Below are positions 19,770-33,044 of a stretch of 64,000 bases of DNA, one piece after another; the stretch's first letter is position 1; each line of letters opens with the position of its first letter. The position numbers and the translations under genes are program-made. The DNA is taken from positions 130,262,001 to 130,326,000 of the forward strand of contig NC_091980.1 in assembly GCF_044704955.1 (NCBI RefSeq). Reading direction: 5' to 3'. The notes beneath the pieces are model-generated. The model searched no databases and was not told the DNA's origin. It was given only the letters and a program-made list of their open reading frames with translations. Source of the DNA: Pristiophorus japonicus (taxonomy: Eukaryota).

Positions 19770-21660
19770 AGTTGTCGCCCATTTGCTCCTTGAATGGCGG
19801 TGCAGGCTTTAAATATGATCATAACTGATCCTTTACCACCACCATGTTCATGCTTTTACCCCGTAGCCCTTGACTCCTTTTTTGAATCGAGATATCTCAT
19901 CTCATCTTGTTAAATATATTCAGCAATTGGGCTCCACTGCCTTCTGTAGTCAACAGCTTCCCCATTCTGACTGAAAACATTTCTCATCTCAGTGCTAAAT
20001 TTCCTACTTCCTCCCCACATCCAATCTCTCCAAACCAGTCCAAATTTCAAGATTCAATAAGATCCCCTTTCACTCTTGTGAATACAAGCCTGGTCAAGCC
20101 ATTCTCTCTTTATACGACAATCTTTCCATCCAAGGAATCAGTCTGGTGGAACTTCGCTGTACTCGTTCTTGGTTAAGGAGACCCAAAACTGTGCACAATA
20201 CATCAGGTGTCATTTCACCAAGGCAGTATATGATTGTAAGACATCCTTGCTCCTGTACTGTGGAAAAATTGTAAATATTACATTTGATTTCCTCCTCCAA
20301 ATCTATTAATATATATGACTAGCTGGGGCCCAAGCACTGATCCCTGTGGTATCCCACTCGTCACTACCCACCACCCAGGCAAAGACCTGTTTAGTCCGAC
20401 TCGGTTTTCTATCAATTAACCAATTTTCAATCCATGGCAGTATATTACACCCAATCCTATGTGCTTTAATTTTGCGCACTAACCTCTTGTGGGACTTTAT
20501 CAAAGGCCTTCTGAAAATCCAACTACATTACATCCACTGGTTCTCCCTTATTTAATCTCCGTTACATCCTCACAAAAATCTCCAGTAGGTTTGTCAAACA
20601 CTATGTTCTTTTCATAAATCCATATTGACTTTGTCTAATCCTGTTGATTTTTTCTAAGTGTCCCTTTATCACATTTTACTAATGTTAGGCTAACCAGGCT
20701 GCAGTTACCTGTTCTTTCTCCTTCCTTTTAAAAATAGTGGGGTTACATTTGCCACCCTCCATTCTGCAGCAACTGTTCCATAATCTGTAGAAATTTGGAA
20801 GGTTGATAACCAATGCATCCACTATATCCATGGCTACCACTTTTAGTACTCTGGGATGCAGATTATCAGGCCCTAGGGATTTATCAGCTTTCAGTCCCAT
20901 TAGTTTCTCCAGCAGTATTTTGTTCCTAATAATCATTCCCTTTAATTTCTCTTGCTCACTGGACCCTTAGTTCCCTAGCATTTCTGGGATGTTATTTGTG
21001 TCCTCTTCTGTGAAGACAGAACCAAAGTATTTAATTGTTCTGCCATTTCCTTGTTCCCCATTATAAATTATCCCATTTGTGACTGTAAAGGACCTACATT
21101 TGTCTTCATTAATCTTTTCCTTTTTACATACTGAGAGAAACTTTTACAGTTGGTTTTTATGATCCTTGCAAATTTAGTCTCATACCCTATTTTCCCCCTC
21201 TTAAACAATCTCTTGGTCCTTTTTTGCTGAATACTAAACTGCTCCCAATCCTCAGGATTGCTACTTGTTCTGGCAACTTTGTATGACTCCTCTTTGGATC
21301 TAATATTATGCTTATTTCTTGTGCAAACCATGGTTGGGCCACTTTTCCTTTTGTGTTTTTGCAGCAGAAAGGAATGTATAATTGTTGCAATTCATGCATT
21401 TGTTCCTTAAATGTTAGCCATTGACGATGCACCATCATGCCTTTTAATGACTCTTACCAATCTATCATCGCCATTCCTCATACCTTTGTAGTTTGCTCTG
21501 TTTAGATTTAGGACCTAGTTTTGGATTGGACAACTTCACTTTCAATCTTCATGAAGAATTCAATCATGTTATGATCATTCTTCCCTTAAGGACCCCGCAC
21601 AAAAAGACTATTAATTAACCCCTTCTCATTGCACAATACCCAATCTACGATAGCTATTCA
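19770..21660 (-). mobile_element. Decayed CR1 (HER1-like) LINE downstream of B; repeated at ~44500-46380
   Basis: LMGLKADKSLGPDNLHPRVLK, HKRLVRKIKAHRIGCNILPWIENWL and KTNCKSFSQYVKRKR. Confidence 0.85.
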
Positions 21661-21689
21661 GACTTGTTGAAGACCTAATTTCAATTGTA

Positions 21690-21870
21690 CATGTATGTAT
21701 CATCTCAAAAATCTGGTTACTGTAAACTCACTCAGGTGCAACCTCATCCATCCTTATTCCAGCCCAAGAGTGTCAGTATGACAAAGACACCCAACTTATA
21801 TACAGGTGATCAAGCACACATGCCACATGTGTACAGCCCGATGATCTCCGACTCCCAAGCATTAATACAT
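21690..21870 (-). mobile_element. Possible short solo LTR relic; repeated at ~46413-46592
   Basis: Minus-strand TATA-like (GTATATAAG) then AATAAA (TTTATT in the unit 2 copy), with TGTA...TACA-like ends. No TSD confirmed. Confidence 0.35.
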
Positions 21871-22196
21871 CAGAATATATCTTGCAAATTCTATTCATGC
21901 ATTTCAATCTAGCATTGCAATGCTGTAATATAACAACTGAAAATGTTCACGTTTGTTCAGCCACATAAGGCAGTGGGACCACAGATACAATTTAGTGTCT
22001 TAACGGAGGCAGAGAGGTTTACATAATAACATTTGTGTGCCATTTGGCACCTCGAGCCTGTTCTGCCATTCAGTAAAATCATGACTGGTCTGATCTTGGT
22101 CTCAACACTTTCCTGCCTGTTCCCCATAACCCTTGACTCCCTTATTGTTCAAAAATCTATCTATCTCCACCTTAAATGTATTCAATGATCCTGCCT

Positions 22197-22400
22197 ACAC
22201 ACACACACACACACACACACAGACAGGACTGCGTGAGTGCCGCACTGTCAGAGGGGCAGTACTGAGGGAGCACCGCACTGTTGGAGGGGCATTACTGAGG
22301 GAGCGCCGCACTGTCAGAGGGGCAATAGTCACAGGATTTTGCACTGTCGGAGCGGCAGCACTAAGGGATTGCCACACTGTCTGAAGGGCAGTACTGAGGC
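22197..22400 (+). repeat. (CA)n microsatellite followed by a degenerate 33-bp minisatellite (CTGAGGGAGCGCCGCACTGTCAGAGGGGCAGTA), ~5 units; one unit fewer at ~46920-47080
   Basis: Read directly. Confidence 0.85.
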
Positions 22401-22937
22401 ATTGTTGCACAGACTCATGTTTGATTCAGGTGGGTCAACTGTGCTCATTGGTGGCATCTCCCCTGAAAGGGTAGCGCCTGTGGTGTGATTGGTGGCTCCG
22501 GATCTGAATCACTGCCGCACTCTCTGCCCCATCTAAAGCAGAGTTTTAATCCAAGGGAACACGTCTCATCAGCTCATCGAGGACTGAACCACTTCTGCAC
22601 TGAAACCAGACGTCATGGCTTTGGATCTCCGAGACACACCAGCATGAAAGGTCAATGACCAGAGGGGAGAGATGAGGACGATTATTTTAACGCAGGGAGT
22701 CGTTGTGATCCGGAACGCGCTGCCTGAAAGGGCGGTGGAATCAGATTCAACAGTAACTTTGAAGAGGGAATTGCATATATACTTGACAAAAGTTGCAGGG
22801 CTATGGGGAAGGAGCTGAGGAGTGAGACGAATTGGATCGCTCTTACAAAGTGCCTGCACAGGCACGATGGGCCGAATGGCCTCTTTCTGTGCTGATAGGA
22901 TCTATGATGAGCCAGATAGTTAGAGCACTTCTGAGCC

Positions 22938-23017
22938 TCATCATTTCAATCAGATTTAAATATTCATCATTTCAATCAGATTTAAATATTCATCATTTCG
23001 ATCAGATTTAAATATTC
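22938..23017. repeat. 26-bp tandem repeat x3 (TCATCATTTCAATCAGATTTAAATAT); repeated at 47620-47699
   Basis: Read directly. One mismatch in the third unit. Confidence 0.9.
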
Positions 23018-23127
23018 TTTCGCCTCACTGAAAGCCGACTGTAAAAGGACTCGTCTAACACATCAAATTGAGGGGCAGGAAAAGACGAGCTGGTCCATCA
23101 AGCCTGCCCCAAAACACGCCGGAGCAA

Positions 23128-23500
23128 ATCATAGAATCATAGAATGGTTACAGCAGAGAGCGAGGCCATTCGGCCCGTCGAGCCCGTGCCGGCTCTCTGC
23201 AAGAGCACTTCAGCTAGTCCCACTCCCACGCCCTTCCCCCACAACCCTGCTATTAATTTTTCCTTCAGGTACTTATCCAATTTCCTTTTGAAAGCCACGA
23301 TTGAGTCTACCCCCACCACCCTCTCAGGCATTGCATTCCAGATTCCAACCACTCGCTGTGTAAACATGTCGCCTTTGTTCTTTTGTCAGTCACTTTAAAT
23401 CTGTGTCCTCTGGTTCTCGACCCTTCGCCAATGGGAACAGTTCCTGTCTATCGACTCTGTCCAGACACCTCATGATTTTGAATCCCTCTATCAAATGGAG
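23128..23500 (-). mobile_element. CR1/HER1-type 3' end with (ATTCTATG)n tail; an opposite-strand relative lies at ~22660-22910; repeated at ~47810-48180
   Basis: ATCATAGAATCATAGAAT tail and FTQRVVGIWNAMPERVV..DSIVAFKRKLDKYL. Confidence 0.85.
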
Positions 23501-23968
23501 ATGTGGGTGACAATGTGTTCAGTAATGTTCACTCCCTCTCATTCTCACTCAATATATTGAATTTTACCAGGCATCATTCCATGAGAATAAAAATGACAGA
23601 TCGTTGATGCCCCCATGTAGCCAATCCTCAGACACATGCCCATTCTCTATATTCGAACTGGGGGCAGTTCACACCACCCACAGGATGGAATTCCCATTCC
23701 ACTGGCCAATGCTTGGTTTGTAAATGCACCAAGAAGACTTGATTGCTTTGAATATTGTCTCAGTGCTATAGAAACTTGCAAGTAACAAACTTTGCCAGAT
23801 TATGAAAAACCCCTTTGGCGAAAGTAGAAAATTATCATTTCATTCAAGTGAGAACGTGAAACAACGGCACACTTTCAGATTTGAAGACGTTCAAGGAACC
23901 CAAAGGCAGTGACATCACCAAGACTGATCTCCCCCAGCACCCTCCCCAAAACCCCCTCTCCTCTGTTA

Positions 23969-24074
23969 ATTGGTGCCTCAATTCAGGGAAGATTCCTGAT
24001 TGGCTCTGAGGGATTGTCAATCATCATTGGTGATGTCATACCCTGTTTGAATGCAGCTGTTCCAATAGTATAAA
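23969..24074 (+). promoter_or_regulatory. Ferritin A2 promoter (CCAAT boxes, TTCAGGGAA 23982-23990, TATAAA 24069-24074)
   Basis: Homologous to the A1 promoter plus 11 bp. Confidence 0.65.
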
Positions 24075-24144
24075 TACAGGAGCTTGTGCAAGATAGAGTG
24101 AGTTCTAGAACTGTGCAGGTGATAGTGAAATATAGATAGAGAAG

Positions 24145-27100
24145 ATGGCCTCCCAAGTGCGTCAGAACTACCACAAGGACTGTGAGGCTGCTGTCAACAA
24201 GCAGATCAACATGGAGCTCTGTTCCTCCTATGTTTACCTCTCCATGGTGAGTTGTGTATTCCTTGTTGCTGCATTCTGAAAAGTTGTTAATTCTCCAGTT
24301 CAATAAATTGGCTTTAAGTTGTATTTCTCTTGACTTCCTTCCCTGGGGGAGCAGAGTCTTTGGGCAGTGAGAACTTCAACTGTGTAATACAGGGGATCTT
24401 GTTGAGTTGATGGACTGCTCCCTACAGCAGCTGCCCTCTATTGAGGTTTAATATTGGAAACCAGCTCAGCTGCTGCCTGAGTGTGTGACAGAAGAGCACA
24501 AACCTGGTCAGGGGCCTGTTGACCTGAGACAATGTTCAGTTTCAGTGGGGGACTGCAGTGAGTGAAATGTGGGTAGGTTCTCATTAGTGCTCTCATTAAT
24601 TGGAGGTGATGTACTGAGAATCCTGCTGTTGGAGCTCTGCTCACTGCTGAGATCTCTTGCACTATTGCTGTGTAAACTACTGGAGTGGAGGATTTTTCTC
24701 ACTCCATGTCCACACTTTGATTTAGAATGGAAGAAGAATCATTTCTATAATGCCTTTCACTACCTTGGAATATCCCAAGTGCTTTGTAGCCAATGAAGGA
24801 GTTAAGTGTAGTTACCTGTTATGTGGGAAATGCAGCAGCCAATTAGTGCACAGGATGCTCCCACAAACTGAAATGAGATAATGATCAGATCATCTGTTTT
24901 AGTGGTGTTGGTTGAGGGATAAATATTAGCCAGGACACTGCAGAGAGCTCCTTGCAGTAGTATCTAGAACATGGAGAAGGCTTGAGGGACCAATGGCTGA
25001 CTCCTGTCATTCACTAAGATCATTGCTAATCTTGTACCTCAACTCCACCTCCTGCACTGTCCCCATATCCTTTGCTATCCAAAAATCTATTGCTCTTGAA
25101 TATACTCAATGACTGGAATTCTCTAACCCAGGAGCTGTGGAGGCTCAAAGAGTCATCATGGAGTGAAGAAATTTCTCCTCATCTCAGTCCTCAATGACCC
25201 CTGGTTCTAGTCTCTCTCCAGCAAGGGGAACCATCCTCCCTGCATCCAATCCTTCAAGTCCTGTAAGAATTTTGTACATTCCTAATGACATCACCTCTCA
25301 TCCTTTGAACCTTGAATAGAGGCTCAGTCTGCTCAATCTCTCCTCCTTGATCTTTCACATCCACCTCATGACTGACACACTCTTGTGTGAATGGCAGAAA
25401 GTAGAGGAGTTATTGCTTATCCAGGAGTAGAATTTAGTTTGACTGGACATGAAATATAATCCTGAACTTTAGTTTTATATGTTCAACCAGCAAAGGAAAA
25501 ACTTTCATCATGCTATGGGGAGGTGAGGCTCAACTCCAATTGATGAAGTCAATGGCATTTTGCTAGTTTACAAATGGTGTCTATCTTTTTAAGAATTCAT
25601 TCATTCTGGGGAAAAATAACTCTTGCATTGTATATGAAGATCAAGGTCTAAATAGGCTGTCTTAATTTCTCTCTGCAGTCCTTCTACTTTGACCGGGATG
25701 ATGTTGCCCTGCGTCACTTTGCTGAGTTCTTCAAGGAGCAGTCACATGAGGAACGTGAGCATGCTGAGAAACTGATGCAATTCCAGAATCGCCGTGGAGG
25801 ACGGATCATCTTGTCTGACATCAAGGTTTGGTTCAATTATTTAGTGGCCTTCTGTCTGGATACCCTTAGACCTGATTGTTTCAAATACCTCCTAAAGCAA
25901 TTGATTCCGTGGTAGTGGAATTCAGTAATTCTATATTCCTGTGACACATTGTTTATGGTAAAATGGACTCTGGTTGCTTTTTTTATCCTATTTTTCTTTG
26001 TACTGTCTTGTATTTTGTTTGTTCCATTGTAAGTGAACTACCTGTGATTTTCCTCTTCAGAAACTAGAGCAGGATGAGTGGAGCAATGGTCTGGATGCAA
26101 TGCAGAGAGCTCTGCAGATGGAGAAGAATGTGAACCAGAGTCTGCTGGATCTGCACACAATCTCCACTGGGAGCACTGACCCTCATGTAAGTTCCTCATG
26201 TGGGTTTCTGGGCAACTTGGAGGTGGTGGAACATTGCTATCCTTGAGCTGTTTCAAAAGTGCTCCATGTCCAATAGCTTTGTTTTTAGGGGGGGGGGTGG
26301 TCTCTCTTGGGTTCTTCAGGGGGTGGGGGAGAGGACCATGAAGTTGGCCAGCTGTGGACATTGAGACATAAATGGGTCCCAATGTTTCCAGGATCTGAGC
26401 TCTCATTTGTAGGGGAGGATGAAAACCCCCTCATTTTACCCAGAAGGAAAAGGGCTGTGGGATCAGTCTGTGCTGTGAATTGAAACCGATGGAAGGAAAA
26501 CTTTGGGACACAAATGGAGACCCCCCCAGTGTTTGGACTCGAAGGAAAGGGAATTTAATTTGGAACTATCTACCAAAAAGTTTGAAATCTTCAAGTGCAC
26601 ATGGAAGAAACTATGAACTTTAATCGAATTTGGGATTTTTTAAAAGGTCTGCAAGACAAGGGGTGGAGTCAATATCAAAAGGGCCAGTTTGGACATTGGA
26701 ACTAATCAAATTGTCTGGGAACTGTATACCCTCGAAACTTGCCCCTTGAAAACATTAGCATTTAAACAATGCCACATACATATTCCAACACCTTTTTCAT
26801 CAGGCATAGAAATATCTGGCTCTGGCCAGACTAGCACAATGGCTACAGGAGGCCAATGCAATCAACACCCACTCAAACCTTGAGTAGGTTAAGATCAGTG
26901 GGGGGAAAAAAAACCTAAAAACCTCAAACTGCTGCATTTTTCAAAATCAAAAGTCCACCAATGAGAAGAATCGACTTCAGCAGGAGAGGCGGACTGGATA
27001 ATCTGGCTATAAACAAGGGGTTTCTGACGTAGTGAAAAAAGAAATGATGATTTTCCCTGCCCTCATGATTCAACAACCACAACCACAAGCCTCTCGACAC

Positions 27101-28026
27101 TGAAGGAAAACCAGTGTCCGAAGATAGAAGAAACAAACCACCAGACTGCGGAAGGCACAGTAGTGAGTATAACCTCCGGTCCCCAGAACTCCCAACTCAG
27201 TTAGGCCAGGAAAGGTGGGAGGTTGGGCATTGTACTGCTAAACTGGTGTAAAGATTTTCGTTGGGTCCGTTTTAGTGGGATTTAAGGGAATTGTTTTGTT
27301 GGTGTATTGCTGTTTGTTGAATTACACCTTGTCAAATAAATTGGAAGCCTAAAGTTCCTCTTGGAATCACCTTGTCTCAGTTCTATTGTATTACATCTCC
27401 TGATCGTGAGTCTTATGTCAGAACCGTGTAAAGGAAGCTAGGAGTGCCTCAAACACTCAACTGTGTGTCACAGGCTAGGGAAGAAGGTGTTAGGAGTGTT
27501 TGACACTCTCAGGTGCCTCACAGGCTAGGCAAAAGCTGTGGGGACGCACGAGTCTCAAAACCCCCTTCATAAGCTGTGGATACAGTCTCTCCAGGGGTGC
27601 TCTTGCAGCACTCAGGGTACCTCACAGGTCAGGCATAAGCTGTGAGGGCAGAAGCCTAGAGAGAGACACCCAAGGCACAACAACAACCCTGTGAAAACCC
27701 CTTACACATTGCACAGTAGCAACTGGATCATTAGAGCAAATGTACATAAATTTCAATGGCCCTGCCTGATCCTTCTCCACTCCCAGAGAATTAAAATCCT
27801 AACTTGGGGGGGATGCACTGATCCTTGATATCTGTTACTGGCCATAACTCATTTCCCTCTTCTCTTTCAGTTGTGTGACTTCCTGGAGACCCACTACTTG
27901 GATGAACAAGTCAAGATGATCAAGAAGCTTGGTGATCACATCACCAACCTGAAGAGACTGGGAGCCCCTGAGAATGGCATGGGAGTGTACCTTTTTGACA
28001 AGCACACTCTGGGGGAGAGTGTCTAA
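24145..28026 (+). CDS. fth1: Ferritin subunit, copy A2; exons 24145-24246, 25679-25825, 26061-26186, 27871-28026; 176 aa
   Basis: Intact frame and GT-AG sites. Private changes are KPEQ>KLEQ, LHK>LHT and terminal ESD>ESV. Intron 3 is enlarged by a 1.3 kb insertion. Confidence 0.93.
26408..27706 (+). mobile_element. 1.3 kb solo-LTR-like insertion private to A2 intron 3
   Basis: Absent from A1 and A3. Termini TGTAGGGG...CCCCTTACA with a 4-bp TSD CATT (26404-26407 / 27707-27710). AATAAA at 27335-27340 gives the orientation. No long ORF. Confidence 0.85.
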
Positions 28027-29779
28027 ACTGACTGGGATCAAGCTTATTGTGTTTAGTACTTGTATTTTTATAATCAGGCCCCTATCCTGTAGGGAATGAA
28101 TGCTTGTGACTTTGTACAAAAAGAGCTGAAACCCATAACAGTAAATAAACTGTTCAACATTGGGCTGTGTTTTGTCACCTTGTAAATTTGAGTGGTTACT
28201 TATTTTTCATTTAACATAACTTGGCTTCTATCAAACAAGAATTACACTGACCTGTGCAACATTTATATGGGATTCAGTCTTATGAAATATGTTTTCCCCC
28301 TTGTGTAATGTCTATGTATTGACTGGGCCATTCAGGCACCTGTTATAAGATCGAAAATGTTCAAGAATGTGTTAGGACAACTGACAGCCCCATGGGATAT
28401 TGGCCCAGTGACCAAAAGTCTGGTCAGAGGTATGTATTGAGAAGGTACAGAGATGTTGAGGAAGGCATGTCTAGAGCTTGGGACTGATAAGCTGTATACA
28501 ATTACCTGTTCCAACGATCTGTTTTTTTTACAAATGAGAATTCAATCCAACAAGATGTAACATCTGCTAAACGCAGGACCAATTTGCCAGTAATTCATTG
28601 TTGCACCATTTCAGTCCAATGAAGAAAAAATAGTCCTGGATTAGCTTCCTATTTAGTCTATCTGCCTCGTGAACGAACAGCAGTTTGTATTCAATCGCTG
28701 CAACAGATCCTCTTCAGTTATGCAGGTCGTTCAGTAATGGGACTCACCACTGCTGCTATCGGCTTGCTGTTAAGCTTTGTAGGCAGACAAGAAATATCTC
28801 AGCACACTGAACTCTGGGCACTACAATTGGGTGAGGAGGGAAAGCAACAGCTGGCATCAACTTGCTGTCATAGCTTCGTGTGGATACCCTAGTCGTTCTG
28901 GGACAGCTTCTCTTCCGTCTGCTCCCCTAATGGTTGAATAACTTGCCAACACAACCTCCATTCAAACATGAATAAGGTATTGCAAGACTAACGATACTCC
29001 AACAACATTTAATACTTGGGGAAGGTGTAAATGTATTTAATTCCACAAAACAAAAGGCACAAGATGTTAAACCCATTTCTGGCCACAATGCCTAAGCACT
29101 CAATTTATAAGCCTATCAATTTTTTTTTGTTAGTACCACTGTGAATTTCATTACTATCACCCTGGATTAGATCTCCATTTCTCTCCTTCATGGCTATGAA
29201 TGGATACAAATGGTACTACTGCTCCAATAATCCAGTGATTACGAGTTATCTTTAGGAATTTAACTGAGAACTGTGTTGAGTGCAATTAAATAGCCATGCA
29301 CAGACATTCCAGGTTAATGTCTTGGCAACACTCAAGCGCCTTTCGGCTATCGATGTTACAAACTGTCATATATTGATGAGCCACAGTTCCACGAGTCGGC
29401 CTGGGTTTGCGTGCTGATGGGTTTGATGGCTTCATGTATCAACAAATCTCCAGCTCACTCGATGTGAAACTTTACAGGTGCTCATGTTTTAAGAATTAGT
29501 TACAATTTGCAGTTCAGGAAAAAGACCAACTGGGCCATGCTGTGGTTTATGCTCCATGTGAAACTTGTCCCACCCCACTTCATCTAGACCTATTAGCATA
29601 TCCTTCTATTCCTTTCCCCTTTGTGTTGATCAAGCTTTCCCTTAAATGCATCTATGGTCTTTGCATTCAGAGTTATTACTGCGGGTAGCTCAGTAAACGC
29701 ACTGCTGCTGCTGTGGATTTTCTGTTCAGCTGTGTGGGTAAAGAAGTGAGTAACAGCTTTCAAGACCCGCAATGTTTGA

Positions 29780-32367
29780 GCTCAAGGACAGCATTTATTG
29801 TCCGTCACTAATTGCCTTTGAGAAGGTGCTGGTCAGCCATCTTCTGGAACCGCTGCAGTCTTGTGGTGAAGGTACCCAACAGTGCTTTTCGGGAGGGAGT
29901 TCCTGGATTTTGCCGCAATGACGAAAAAGGAATGGTGATATAAACCAACCTGACTTGGAAATATAACGTGGAGGTGAACTTGCAGGCGATAGTATTCCCA
30001 AACTTCTGCTGCCCTTGTCCTTCTAATTGCTAGAGCTCGTGGGATGGCTTGTGCTGCTGAAAAAGCCTTGGCGAGTTGCTGCAGTGCATCTTGTCGATGG
30101 TACACACTGCAGCCATGGTGCACCGGTGGTGGAAGCAGTGAATGTGGAAGGTGGTGGATGGGGTGCCAATCAAGCGGCCTGCTTTGTCCTGGATGTTGTC
30201 GAACTTCTTGATGATTGCTGAAACTGCACTCAGCCAGTCAAGTGGAGAGTATTCCACCACACTCCTGACTTGTGCCTTGTCGATGCTGGAAAGACGTTAG
30301 GTGTCAGGAGGTGAGACACTCACCGCAAAATACCCAGCCTCTGGCCTGCTCTTATTACCAGAGTATTTATGTGGCTGTGCGAGTTCAGGTCCTGATCAGC
30401 GATGATCCCCAGGGATTAATGCTGGGGAATTCAGCGGCAGTGAATGTTAAGGGCAGGTGGTTAGACTCTCGCTTTTTGCAGATAGTCATTGCCTGGCACT
30501 TGTGTGGTGCCATTGTTACTTGCCCATTATCAGCCCCACACTGAATGTCATCCAGGTCTTGCTGCATGTGGGCATGGACTGCTTCATTTTCTGATGTCTT
30601 GCAAATGGAACAGAACACTGTGTAATCATCAGCAAACATTCCCACTTCTGGCCTTTATGATGGAGGGAAGTTCATTGATGAAGCAGCTTAAGATAGTTGG
30701 GCCAAGGACACTGTCCTGAGGTATTCCTGCAGAGATGTCCTGGGACTGAGATGATTGACCTCCAACAACCACTTCCTTTGTGCTAGATATGAGTCCAGCT
30801 CATCGAGAGTTTTCGATATTCGCATCGACTTCAATTTTGCAAGGGCTACTTGATGCCGCACACCATCAGGTGCTGCCTTGCTGTGAAAGGTAATCACTCT
30901 CACCTCACCTGTAATTCAGCTCCTTTGTACATGTTTGGACCAAGGCTGCAACGAGATCAGGAGCTGAGTGGTCGTGGCACAACCCAAACTGGGCATCGGT
31001 GAGCAGATTATTGTCGACAAAATCTTCCCTCACTTTGCTGATGATTGAGTGTAGACTGATGGGGCGGTAATTGGCCTGAATGGATTTGTCTGGCTTTTTC
31101 TGGAGAGGACGTACCAGAGCAGTTTTTCACATTGTTGGGTAGATGCCAGTGTCTCTGTACTGGAACAGCTTGGCTAGAGGTGTGGCCATGAATTTACAGA
31201 TTGTGGTGCAATACAATTCTGCAGTTGCTGATGACACAGTACCTCATGGATGCCCAGTTTTGAGCTGCGAGATCTGTTTTGAATCTATTCCATTTAACAC
31301 TGGTCAAACCACTCACCACAAAGGAGGGTGTCCTCAGTGTGAAGACAAGACTTTGTCTCCACAAGGACTGTGTGGTGGTCACTGCTACCAATGCTGTCAT
31401 GGACAGATGAATCTGTGACAGGTAGATTGCTGTGGATAAGATCAGTAGGTTTTTCCATTGTGTTGATTCTCTCACCATCTGTCGGAAGCCCAATCTCGAT
31501 GCTATGTCTTTCAGGACTCAGCCCGCTTGCTCAGTGCTACCGAGCCCCTCTTGGTGATGGACATTGAAGCCTATTTGCTATATCAGTGCTTCTTCCAAGT
31601 GGCCTTCAACATGGAGGTGTACTGATTCATCAGCTGAGGGAGGGCGGTAGGTGGTAATCAGCAGGAGGTTTCCATGTCCAAGCTTGACCTAAACCCATGA
31701 GACTTGATAGGTTCCAGATTAAATGTTCAGGACTCCTACCGCTACTCCCTCCCGACTGTATACCACTGAGCCGCCACTTCTGGTGTGTCTGCCCTTCTGG
31801 TGGGACAGGACATACGCAGGGATGGTGAAGGAGGAATCTGGGACATTGGCCGAAAGGTATGATTCTGTGATTATGACTATGTCAGGATGTTGCTTGACTA
31901 ACCTGTGAGACAGCTCTCCCCATTTAGGCACAAGATACCAGATATTAGTGAGGAGGACTTTGCAGGGTCGACTGGGCTGGGTGTACAATTGTCATGTCAG
32001 AAGCCGGTGCCGAGGTCAATGCCGGGTTGTCCATCCTGTTTTATTCGAATTATTGTTTCTCGTAACGGTTTGTTATAACTGATCGGCTTGCTTGGCCATT
32101 TCAGAGGGCAGTTAAGACTCAACCACATTTTTTTAGGTTTGGAGTCATATCGGCCAGATTTCCTTCCTGAAGGACATTAGTGAAGCAGATTGGTTTTTAT
32201 GACAATCCGATAGCTCCCTGGGCAACATTACTGATACTAGCCTTTTATTCCAGATTTTAATTTAATTAACTGAATTTCAATTCCCCAGCTGCCATGGTGG
32301 GACTTTGGATTATTAGTCCAGGCCTCTGAATTACTTGTCCAGTAACTTAACCACGATGTTACCGCAC
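29780..32367 (-). mobile_element. CR1-group LINE, unit 2 copy
   Basis: Colinear with 4560-7147, with the same peptide fragments. Confidence 0.8.
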
Positions 32368-33044
32368 TCTTTGCATCTCTCAATGGCACTTTTGGACTAT
32401 CGATGTCACCACAATTCATACATTGATGAGTCACAATTCTACAAGTCATGTTGGGTTTTGCGTGCTGATGAGTTTCACGGCTTCATGTTTCAGATAAAAC
32501 AAATTATTCAGCTCACTCAATGTGAAAAACTTTACAGATGCCCTTGTTTTAAGAATTACATAGAATTTACAGCACAGAAAAAGGCCATTCAGCCTGGCAA
32601 ATTGCAGTGGTGAGCGGTCCTTCTTGAACGTAAAACGCATCTAGGATGAGGTGAGGAAACGAATGGGACAAGATCGATTTAATTGTCTTTCAATCATGAG
32701 CATGGAGAGCGAAGTACTGAGAGGACTTGACTTCACACACTGAGCCTCCTCCCAACTTCCTATCAGCATATCCTGCCAATCCTTCCTCCCTCATGTGTTT
32801 ATCCAGCTTCACCTTAAACACTGTCTATGCTTTTTGTCTCAACTATTCCTTTTGATAGCGAGTTAAAAATTCTGAACACTCTCTGAGTAAAGAAGTTTCT
32901 TTGAAGTCTCTCTTAGATTATTAATTCTAACTTTCTATATAATTCTATGGAGATCAGAACTGTGCGCAATACTCCAAGTGTTGTCTAGCCAAGGTTCTCT
33001 TTAAATTTAACATGCTGCACAGGGATGTGGTTCTGTTCACCTCA

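Noticed and set aside
22228-22400. 33-bp repeats as a CRISPR-like array
   Set aside because: The units are contiguous and degenerate with no unique spacers, the context is eukaryotic and there are no cas genes. It is an ordinary minisatellite.
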